A stretch of DNA of 64,000 nt from Amoeboaphelidium protococcarum X5 (Eukaryota; Fungi; Aphelidiomycota). The stretch is taken from the NCBI GenBank assembly GCA_023515725.1, contig JALDTO010000155.1:407147-471146 (forward strand), given 5' to 3'. The notes under the pieces are model-generated. The model was not told the DNA's origin. It made no database searches and was given only the letters and a program-made list of their open reading frames with translations. Numbering within the stretch: the first letter of the stretch is position 1; every line of letters starts with the position of its first letter. A program made the position numbers and the translations under genes. Below, one piece after another: positions 53,220-63,896 of the stretch.

Positions 53220-55627
53220 AATGGTTAGTGATACGACAAACAGTTTCCACATATAAGCGTCAGTAGAGAGAGAATTTGTAGGATGATCGATGATTTTATT
53301 GACCCCTGAGCAAATCCTTACTGTGGTGAACGTTATCTGATAGTTTAAGGGGCTCAATTAAGATTAATCTATCTCTTCGTATGTCGTGCGAGATAATCCT
53401 TTCTCATGAGTGATCAATTATATCAAATATAGATCAGTTGTCACTTAGTTATCTTTCACCATTTAATCTATTTGCTGATATCACACTTACTATCACATGA
53501 GTGCGCATTCAAAATAGGTATATACAGATTTCCAAAAAATAATTACTGTTATTTACGCTCTATTATGTATCGCAATGGTGCATTATTAAACTATAAGAAC
53601 AAGAGGCATCAAAACTAAATGAATATATTACTTACTTTCACTGTTCAAACCCAAATCATTGCGCCAAAATCTGAGGTGATGGTCCATTAATAGATATGAC
53701 GTTGGAAGCATAAACTTGACGCGTCAATATCAACATTCCTATCAATGCGCCCACCGCAGCACCAGCAGAAGCGATAAAAGCCAAGAACGGCAAAGCACCT
53801 AACAAAGCAAACACAAAGGCGGTGAATACTAAAGCTCCGATAGGCACAAATACATCAGCGAAAACCATGCCGACAAACTTGTTATACGCAGACTTTTTCA
53901 CATGGTCAGCGCCAACGGTCAGCTCAGTGCCCTTACTAGTGCTTGCTATAGGAACGCTGGAGTCATATCTGTCGTGCCGGTGAGGTCCAGACAGAAATAC
54001 TCCCTAATTGTTGAGAATAGCGTACTAACTGAATAGAGGCTTGAAGCATAAATTCAATCTTCCGCAACCTCTTTTCAGGATACAATCATTGACACTGGCA
54101 AATTTCTAGTCGCCCAACTTGCATAATTGTTATGAAAATGTCGCCTGCGCCACGTACGGCTTGAATGACTCATCCGTGAAAACGTTGCACTGCTACAGCT
54201 TATCATTCACCTTATTGCAATAACTAGGACAGTACTTGAATTCGGACTTTAGCAGACGCGTGCTAGATTCACTAAACTCTGACATTGTCACCTGATAATC
54301 ACCTGTATGATCAGCAAACTTGTAGACCGATCCAAGACTAATAGTATTATCAGGATTACCGGTGGTCATCTTGGCCTCTAGAAAATCATACTTCTTCACT
54401 TCATCGCGCTTTATAATGCCATCCTTGTCCTTGTCCATCTCCTGGAAAGCTTCAACCATCTTCTATGACGCGACACCCATGTCATTACCAAAATACAGAT
54501 CCAGCAGAGTGGTGCTCTCCAAAGGACCATCACATTTGTCCTTCTTACGCGCATCGATTGGAATGAAGAGCGCAGAGACCACTACTAGTAGTATAATCGC
54601 TTTCATAATGCTTTGTGATACGACAAACAGTTTTCACATATAAGCGTCAGTAGAGAGAGAATTTGTAGAATGATCGATGACATTTACAGACCCCTGAGCA
54701 AATCCTTAGTATCACATGAGTGCGCATTCAAAATAGGTTATACAGATTTCCAAAAAATAATTACTGTTAGTTATGCTCTATTATGTATCGCAATGGTGCA
54801 TTATTAAACTATAAAAACAAGAGGCGTCAAAACTAAATGAATGTATTACTTACTTTCTCTGTTCAAACCCAAACCATCAGGCCAAAATCTGAGGTGATGG
54901 TCCATTGATAGATATGACATTGGAAGCATAAACTTGACGCGTCAGAATCAACATTCCTATCAATGCGCCCACCGCAGCACCAGCAGAAGCGATAAAAGCC
55001 AAGAACGGCACTGCACCTAACAAAGCAAACACAAAGGCGGTGAATACTAAAGCCCCGATAGGCACAAATACATCAGCGAAAACCATACCAACAAACTTGT
55101 TATACGCAGACTTTTTCACCTGGTCAGCGCCAACGGTCAGCTCAGTGCCTTTACTAGTGCTTGCTATAGGAACGCTGGAGTCATATCTGTCGTGCCGGTG
55201 AGGTCCAGACAGAAATACTCCCTAATTGTTGAGAATAGCGTACTAACTGAATAGAGGCTTGAAGCATAAATTCAATCTTCCGCAACCTCTTTTCAGGATA
55301 CAATCATTGACACTGGCAAATTTCTAGTCGCCCAACTTGCATAATTGTTATGAAAATGTCGCCTGCGCCACGTACGGCTTGAATGACTCATCCGTGAAAA
55401 CGTTGCACTGCTACAGCTTATCATTCACCTTATTGCAATAACTAGGACAGTACTTGAATTCGGACTTTAGCAGACGCGTGCTAGATTCACTAAACTCTGA
55501 CATTGTCACCTGATAATCACCTGTATGATCAGCAAACTTGTAGACCGATCCAAGACTAATAGTATTATCAGGATTACCGGTGGTCATCTTGGCCTCTAGA
55601 AAATCATACTTCTTCACTTCATCGCGC
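53005..55627. repeat. Recent tandem duplication (units about 53005-54409 and 54392-55627)
   Basis: Long near-identical stretches offset by 1218 nt (3' gene parts) and 1387 nt (5' gene parts); the intergenic copies differ by a 169-nt indel. Confidence 0.9.
53656..54606 (-). CDS. Same family, copy 2: chimera of the copy-3 N-terminus and the copy-1 C-terminus (316 aa)
   Basis: 5' part near-identical to copy 3, 3' part near-identical to copy 1; switch at 54392-54409. Confidence 0.85.
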
Positions 55628-55833
55628 GTGATTACACCATCTTGATTAATGTCCATACTGCGAAAAGCCTCAGAAATCTTGCTGACTGCAATGCCCATAT
55701 CACCGTGATAGTACAGATCCAGCAGAGTAGCCGTTTCTAATTCCACATCACACTTATGATCGTGTCCATCAGCGAACATTGCAGACACTAACAGGAAAAC
55801 ATATGCGAACTGAGCCGTAAATAAGGCAATCAT
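54877..55833 (-). CDS. Same family, copy 1 (318 aa)
   Basis: MIALFTAQFAYVFLLVSAMFADG; DINQDGVITRDE; DHTGDYQVTMSE; CPSYC; tail FVGMVFADVFVPIGALVFTAFVFALLGAVPFLAFIASAGAAVGALIGMLIL. Confidence 0.85.
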
Positions 55834-56183
55834 CCTTCAGAAGAATATGTAACAGTAATCGTGCTCGTCAGAGGACGATTAGAACTATGAATTCTGACGA
55901 ACGTAGTGAGTAGAATTCTGAAATTAATTGTACGAACATAGTGAGTTCAATTAATTATGCAAAATGGTTCCGAACGCGTGAGGGAGCATTTCAGATGTAA
56001 GCGCAGAGTCAGCAATTATACAGTAATGGCCTCACAAGACGTGCACGATTGCTCGTTAATCTATCAGGCCCAACTACTCGGAACAGCGACTGAAAACTAC
56101 CAAACATCAATCAGTAAAACAGTTGTTACTTCATTACTTCAGAATCTTCATTTTTTTCAGATTGCGGGATTGACTACCAAGAG

Positions 56184-56867
56184 TCAATTATGGAAATGTA
56201 AATTCATATTGATTGTAGTGCCATTTCCACTGAATATAATCTTATTTTGAGCATTATCGACAAAACTACTTTTGTTACGATACTTATTTACCAGGGAACG
56301 ATTGTCAACTGTCTCAGAAGTGGTGATACGTTGGCGCTTTACGCGTTATTGCATTTGGTTCCAGTTATCTTGTTCATTCTCAGATGGATAATTGATATTA
56401 GAAGCAAACTTCGAACCAGAGCCAACCAAGGAGGTAGAAACTTGAGGATGAGGTTAAGTGATAATAGGCAAAGCTGTATAAACAGGTTCCAAAGAAGGAG
56501 AATATGCAGTTGGTACAGCAGCAGGCTAAGCAGCAGTTTACACGGCAGCAGGCTAAGCAGCATTAACAACCTCAGCTAAGCTCATAGAGTTAATATTTTG
56601 ACTGACTTCGTTCATAGCAGTAGTTACTGCATCTTACTCCAACACGGTTGATCCCCTTCATAAATTGGTAAACGTCTTCTTTCCTTCAGAAAATCTGAAC
56701 CAATTAATGCAGTACGTGACGCGTTTGGCTGTCAAGTACGCCTCAAACTTTCTGACCCACTCATCAGTGGACCTTTGCGTGTTAAGAGAGTGACTACTTT
56801 GTCTTGGACCAGCAAAGTAGTCAGTATCATTATCAATGTCATCAAATGTGCAGGTACGTTTAGCCAT
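56184..56867 (-). pseudogene. Probable internally deleted Crypton/DUF3504-like relic, or a small gene with a 60-nt intron
   Basis: N-terminal SLNTQRSTDEWVRKFEAYL and C-terminal IIFSGNGTTINMNLHFHN resemble the termini of YR-transposon proteins. One in-frame TGA (56658-56660); no catalytic core. Confidence 0.4.
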
Positions 56868-57355
56868 AATAGTGATAATCTTTTGGTGTGTATCTAATGG
56901 AAGAAGAAGAGTAAGATGCGTTATGAAACAGAGACGTGTCTCTGTTTCACTTGTGCAGAGTGGGATTACTGCATAATTCTTCACCCGTTTCACCGTGGTC
57001 TGATAGATTAATAAATTAATCAACCAGGTGAAAGCAGAGGGGCAAAAAAATTGAGGCAATAGGTGCATCTGGGTCCTTGTATGTGCGTTTGGTGAAAACA
57101 AAAAACAATTCGTTATTAACTTTAAATGCGACCAAAATTAATGATGTGACACCCACATTTACTTATCTCTGCAGTCCTACAGTGTCTGAAACGTTAATCA
57201 CCAATGAAAAGCAAAACTTGGAATTAAAGTAAGTGGCAAGTAGACTTATCTGATTGGTCATTTACCAATATTCTAAAAGAAATTCTTTATTCAGCCCAGA
57301 CACGCGTCTCTTTCCTTCTTTTATCGTTACACCTCATTAATCATAAATACAAAAA

Positions 57356-58963
57356 ATGCCTCGATCATCTTGGTAAAAAGCTCTTAGTAATGCTAGAGAA
57401 TACGCGCAATAACACAATGTCAGTTAAAGCAGTTATGTTTCTAGTGCAGTTGCCTCTAAACTCCGATTGCGTGCTGCTGAGTCGTCTGGTATTATAGCCG
57501 ACCTTGGCAGTGGCCTTGATGACCAACTGAAAGTATAGATATTGAACGGCTTGCCAAACATTGTGAATGAATTGAATAATTTGTGTAATCTTCCAGATCC
57601 AAATGAAGTGAAAGATACTCAGCCTCTTGTTAAAAAGCTGCTGGATGTAATTTTAGAAGTAATTGGCCGTAAGGATTGCAGATGGGTCATCGGCAAAGAG
57701 ATTCCCAGTAATTTAGGCTTTGATACCTTCGATAATCCGCTGCAGCCAAGAGTTTTTTGTCCTCGCAGTTGTCAACCTGATTTTATGCTTGAGAAAATTG
57801 ATTCCATTGACATTATTGGTGCTCTTGCAGAGGTAGAAAGAGATGTTTTATTGTAAGGAAAGGCGCTGTACTAGATTGAAGATAATGTGCGTCAGACTGC
57901 CTTGTCCGCTATCAGCTACATTCTACGCGTCTTTCCTATGCTTCCGCCAGCTGAGATTAAGTCTATATATGGCGATAAGTGGTATGTGTACGCTCCTTTG
58001 TTGTCGCATAGATCTTTGTTTATGATTTACATCAATTTGAGTGATATTTATACCGGTAACATTGCAGTCCACTGTTCAGAATACTTGAGTGGCCCCAGAA
58101 TGGCTCAAATGTTATTTCATTGGGTTCTGTGGGCTGTACGAGTTTAAGATCGTCTTATTGATAAGAAAGTAGCCTTGTTACACTAAAGAGCGAATTATTG
58201 CTGGGTGCCACCCAATTTAGTGTCGGTGTAATTTCGCGAATAGGATTCTTCCGATTTATCTGCTGCCCCGTCATTTTATAATCCTATTTATGTTGACAAA
58301 ACTAATAAGCGTGTGTATAAATTATATAGCGTGTGGTCTGGGAATGACCGTGTGATAAAGTTTGCGCTACTCTTGGATGATAATTTGTGTAAGGACTGGA
58401 GACTCTAAGAATATTTACTATGTATGCCACTATATGAAGGTGGTGATCTTCATAGCAATCCACCATCGGGTATGTTGTAGCTGAAGGAGGTCTTAGTTCA
58501 GCTGGTGGATATATTGAGCCGTCTGTCAACGAAGCATACATCATGCCATTGCGACATTCGTGCTGCCAACATTTGCTGGAAAGATAGCAAAACGATTGTT
58601 TTAATTGATTATGATATGTCAACTTAGTAGAACACGTCTGCACCAAAGCCTCTTTTAGCGCGTGACAGAGCTCCTGATGGCGCGGTTTTGGCAAATCACG
58701 ATATGTGGTTGATAGGAGTCATGATATTGCAATGGACGTCTAGCAACTTCAATTGGGGCTTTGTAGTCGACAGACGGTCAACAATAGAGGAGAGAAAGGA
58801 GGTGTGGTGCGATTTAAATCTAGACCAAGTCGCGTGGAAGAGTGAGTTTGCTCAGTATAGCACTTCTATTCATAAGATAGTCGAGAACTGCTTGTAGCTG
58901 TAGGAGTATCGTTGGGGATTATAGGATCTTTATAATTATTTGCAAAATTTGAGTATTCAATGA
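57356..58963 (+). CDS. Crinkler-like REase-fold + protein kinase fusion, 535 aa
   Basis: NEVKDTQPLVKKLL..QPDFML..LAEVE (PD-(D/E)xK-like), then VYKLY, LCMPLYEGG, HCDIRAANI, LIDYD, HDMWLIG. Confidence 0.7.
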
Positions 58964-59054
58964 TATTTTATACGAACAAAAGTGTGGTTGTAATGCGTAA
59001 AATGGCTGTCTATTTTCTATGTCACTTTCAGTAAACCACTGCATACAATCAACA

Positions 59055-59300
59055 TCAGCTTATACATATGGAATTCACAACTTTTGACCATTTTATTGTT
59101 TACAAAACGACTTAGTGCACTCGCATTAGATCGATACCAATCTCTTTTAAATCAGAATCTGTAATTCGGTGTAAAATACTAAAAACAATTGCTTCAGAAT
59201 CAAACATGCACTTGACACGTAGCACCTCCTATTCACTCAGCTTTCTGACACGTAAAGCGTCATATAAGTTCTCGAGTGATGATATTTGGGTGGTTATCGT
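59055..59300 (-). pseudogene. Degenerate SAM-domain fragment
   Basis: FDSEAIVFSILHRITDSDLKEIGIDLMRVHQVVL; upstream frames broken by TGA and no clear start. Confidence 0.4.
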
Positions 59301-59566
59301 AGCGTAAGCGTCATTTAAAATTAAATCATTTTATTTCAGAGACTTTACAGAACCCTTCCTCTACAAGTTTGGCTACGTAAATTATCATTGACATATTCAT
59401 CAGTTGAGGAAATTTTTTAATCAGCAATTTAAGGAACTCATTCCAGTCCACGAGGTTCGATAAATTTAACTTGAGTTCTCATTGAAGTTATCATCAGTAG
59501 AACCACCATATTGATCTTCTTCTTTCAGACTTTTCCCATTATTTTAATACGGCAATCCCTAAAGCA

Positions 59567-60674
59567 ATGTCCTCAGTGTAAATGAAAGTCCAAGGTGAAA
59601 TCAATGAGCCATGTCCAATATGTAAGATGGACAAGTTCCTCAACCCTTCAATGATATTACTAGTTAGTCCCTGCTATCACAAGATGTAAGTCACCTCTAC
59701 CTCTTAATAATTTCTCCATGACGCGATCAATCTTCACGTTACTGTGTTATAAGCCATGTAGGTGCGAGTCTTGTGTGAATAGAATATTTGCTGGAGGAAG
59801 TGCACCTTGTCCCGTATGCTAGACTTCCCTGAAAAAATCCAACTTTATGAAGCCCATCTTTGAGGATATGTATGTGGAAAAAGAGTGCCGCATTCGGAAG
59901 CGAGTATGGCGAATGTAATCATGTTGATTATTGTGTGTGTTATATAAAACTTTAATGCACGTGTAATGGAATATCTGTAGATTCTAAAAGAGTGAAGATG
60001 ATTTTAAAGGAGATCTGAGGGCATACAATGACTATTTGGAAAAGATTGAGGATATGATATTTGAGATGGTGAATGATCCTGATGTTTAAGCAGTTAACGT
60101 CAAGATTGATTAGTTATAAAAGTAAAATCAGGATGCTTTATTTTAGAATACATAGGCAGAGGTATTATGCTCATATAATTGCATCAACTATATACGTCTT
60201 ATTTCCCCAGTGTAGGAGGAAGAGGATGAGCTGTTACGGCTGGCTGTGTAGCAATAAGAACGCGAAATTGAACTTCGACGCGCTGCAGATGCTCAAAATA
60301 TGGTCAAGTAAATGCAACTTAAACTTTAGCAGAAATCATTGATGCATAAGGATCGGTAAGTGGAGGATGGTGATGTGGATTTGTAATCCGTTGATGTTAT
60401 AACAAATTTCCATGGTCAAAGTCTTACGATAGAGGAGCGCATCAAGTTAATCAAGTAGTAAAGAATGGCTGGATCCGCGTAAACTCGATTCATGGCAGAT
60501 CCTCTTCAATCAGATTATGAGAGAACGGCAGAGATTGTCCTGGATGGCATTAGGGATCATGCAATTGAAACTTTTGCTAATGCTGGCAAATTGGCTGGAG
60601 GATTCGATATTTCTGCTGTATATAGAAAATCTCTTGAATCAGCCTTGATTGCTATTGATGTGGATCCTATTTGA
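59567..60674 (+). CDS. TFB3: CAK assembly factor MAT1/Tfb3 (three probable introns)
   Basis: CPICKMDKFLNPSM..SPCYHKM/CESCVNRIFAGGSAPCPVC..FED..VEKE.RIRKRV; YNDYLEKIED; AGGF. Confidence 0.93.
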
Positions 60675-60740
60675 AATTTAATATGCGTTGTATACAGTAG
60701 GATTTGTAGATATACCATTCAATGTATTTGTACAAGGTGT

Positions 60741-61513
60741 TCATTCCTTCATCTTCTTACTTGCCTTGGTACTTAGTACAAATTTACTTTAACGTTTGAC
60801 GGACTCGGCCGGTTTTACTGATGCATTTGTCTCAACGCTTTCATCCACGTTCTCTTTGCTTGAAACTGGATTCAGAGAATCATCTTTATCTTTTTAAACT
60901 TACGCGTCAGTGTTAATGTCGTTAGAATTCTCAGTATCGTCAATGATACTCTTACTTTATTATTACTGTTTGGCGTGTTTTAGTGTAAACTCTTTAGCTT
61001 TGCAATTGAACAGTTGGATGTTGGATATGTACTCGGACGCCTACATACACATTGATAATCACATTATATATGCTTGATGGATGACGATCTAACTAATCAA
61101 AACAAAATGTTTACAATATCTGCATCTAAAGGGTCATCTGGATTGGGTTCAGCCAACAGCATCCTTATAGCTACCAGTATCCCAGCAATGTTTTTGGATG
61201 GAGACCAGCAACCTTTAGGCTCACTTTTCAACAAGTCCAAACAAATTCTTCCCTGACTGTCAATGTTTGGATGATATACTTTGGTCGTGAATCGTACGTT
61301 CGGAGGTTCCATTGGATATCTATCAGGACACTGAATCATCAACTTGAACGATCCTCCCTCATATGGACTTTACTCAGGACCTTGCATGATACATTCAAAC
61401 TACCCCATCACCTCGTCTGATGGCCACGCAACAATACCATTAAACTGATACTTTTACAATTACTTTATCTCAGCCTTGATCCTATTTAATCTGATAGAAC
61501 TACCACCACTCAT
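60741..61513 (-). CDS. UBE2T: Ubiquitin-conjugating enzyme, UBE2T-like; intron 61041-61114
   Basis: [65 protein letters not shown]; acidic/basic tail. Confidence 0.85.
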
Positions 61514-61704
61514 ATTAATGAGACGATACTTAATATTTATGAAGATATCACACAGAATACAGGAAAAGACGATGACCATTACACATTATAGTGAAATGAA
61601 GTGGATGAAACAAAAAAGTTTTTGAAACGCGTCCATTGATGAAATGAGACTTCAAGTGCTTTAAAACAAAGACAGAACAACGACGCTCTAATCAATACAA
61701 GATA

Positions 61705-61962
61705 TCATTGTTATTATTACTATTCAGAAGAGTTATCATGCAAACCATCAGACACTGCATCCTTGTACTCTTTCCATAGCAATGGATGAGTTTAAATGTC
61801 ATCAGTCTCCTTCAACTCGGTGTTTGACTATGGTTTTCCCTGATCAGCTTTGACATCGCCGCTGTCCGTATTCAACTTCAAATGACCATCCATGTACTCA
61901 CGATACAGCATTGGGTGCACATCAATTTCTTGTTACTTTAACAATTCCTACTCAGACTACAT
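61705..61962 (-). CDS. Small acidic orphan protein (85 aa) with an internal two-fold repeat
   Basis: MQSEQELLKQQEIDVHPMLYREYMDG...DDIQTHPLLWKEYKDA..EQQQQQ*; visible only with TAR=Gln. Confidence 0.6.
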
Positions 61963-62222
61963 GATTGTTCACTATACTAAAATAACTCTGTATTTACTGA
62001 AGACTTTCAAGAATGAAGAAGAAAAGGAGGATAATCCACAGACAGAGCCGAGGCCTATCACAGTGATGCGTGTGACGCGTGATTCATCGCGGAGATGCTC
62101 GAAGTTGAAAGAACACGTCACGCGGTGATACACAAAGATATAACACGAAAAATAGGTTGGATCCAATACTCAATATTTCACACAAGTCAAGATTATGTCT
62201 TAATACAGGTTCCATTCCATAA

Positions 62223-63896
62223 TCACATCTTCGGACCAGCTTCACATACAGACTTCTCAGCCATGGACGCGTACTGCTTAAAGTTGTCTTGGAACAGTTT
62301 GGCCAATTCATTGACGGTTGCCTCATACTCAGAGGAGGAATCCCAACTCTTCTGTGGGTTCAACACGTTATCGGGTACATTTGGACAAGACTTTGGAATC
62401 TACAATCCAAACACTGGATAATTCTCATATTGGGCCTTGTTCAGAGAGCCATCATGGATTGCATCAATAACGGCACGGCTGTACTTTAGCGAAATTCTCT
62501 TACCCTAACCGAAAGCACCACCACTCCAGCCAGTATTCACCAGCCAAGCATTGGCCTTGTGATGGCGCATCTTCTCTGCCAACATGGTGGCATACTTGGT
62601 TGGATGCCAGACCAGGAACGGCTGGCCGAAGCATGCACTGAAAGTAGCTTGAGGCTTCACGACTCCCATCTCAGTTCCAGGCACCTTACTAGTATAACCA
62701 GAGATGAAATGATACATCACCTGGTCCTCGGTCAACTTTGACACGGGTGGCAAGACTCCCATAGCATCACAAGTCAACAGGACAATGTTCTGAGGCTGAC
62801 CAGCCATGCAAGGAATCTTTGCATTCGGAATATACTCGATGGGATAGGCACAACGAGTGTTCTCAGTCAATTCAGAATTGTCATAATTGACAACACGAGA
62901 CGTTGGCTCATAGACGACATTTTCCAAAACGGATCCAAAGCGAATAGCATTGTAAATCTCTGGTTCCTTCTCTCCGCTCAAGCCAATACACTTGGCATAA
63001 CATCCACCTTCAATGTTGAACACGCCCTTTTCACTCCAACAGTGTTCATCATCACCAATCAACTTCCTGTGAGGATCTGCAGACAGGGTAGTCTTACCAG
63101 TACCACTAAGACCGAAAAACAGGGAGACATCACCATCCTTGCCTTCATTAGCACTAGAATGCAGAGATAATACTCCCTTCTTTGGCATCAGATAGTGCAT
63201 CACAGTGAACACACCCTTCTTCATCTCACCAGCATACTGTGTACCCAGAATGACCATCTCATTTCTGCCAAAATGAACCGCAATAGAAGTCGTACTGGTC
63301 ATACCCAAGGTATAACGATTAGCAGGAAACTGACCAGCATTAAAGATGGTGAAATCAGGATGATGAAAATCTTTCAGCTCCTCCTCAGTTGGACGGATCA
63401 ACATGTTCTTCATAAAGAGAGCGTGGTAAGCTCTAGCACACACCACACGAATCTTCAGACGATGCTCAGGATCCCAACCTGCATAACCATCAATAACATA
63501 CAGACGGTCGCGGGTGTTCAAGTAATCCACAGCACGCTCACGGTTGATCATGAAAACCTTATCATCCATCTTGATGTTGACCGGTCCCCACCAAACATCA
63601 TTGGTGCATGAAGGATCATCGACAATGCGCTTATCCTTGGGACTTCTGCCAGTCTTCTGACCACTTGAAGTTGCCAGAGCGCCAGTACTAGTAATAGCCG
63701 AGCCCTCCTCATACTTCAACGCCTCTTCATACAACACCGCAGCGCTTGCATTATGAATAATTGGTCTGTTGTAATCAATACCAGCTTCATTGTGCAATGT
63801 CTCAACCACCTCAGTGTAAGTCTCATCATCAGCCATTTGCGCACGAGATCTTCTATAGTTGCCATTCATATTGTTCTATTGTTCAGATGGAGCCAT
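62223..63896 (-). CDS. PCK1: ATP-dependent phosphoenolpyruvate carboxykinase
   Basis: [45 protein letters not shown]. Continues past the TAG at 62505-62507 with [21 protein letters not shown]. Confidence 0.98.

Noticed and set aside
16515-61513. Apparent clustering of genome-maintenance genes (IRC20, PHR1, RAD9, DCC1, SLX1, TFB3, UBE2T)
   Set aside because: They are interspersed with unrelated genes over 45 kb of a gene-dense genome; cannot be distinguished from chance without synteny data.
63195-63611. Antisense or alternate-frame ORFs in the track (also 31196-31711, 24652-25080, 51300-51671, 58302-58694, 4868-5200)
   Set aside because: They are shadows of real genes on the other strand or frame, with no independent motifs.
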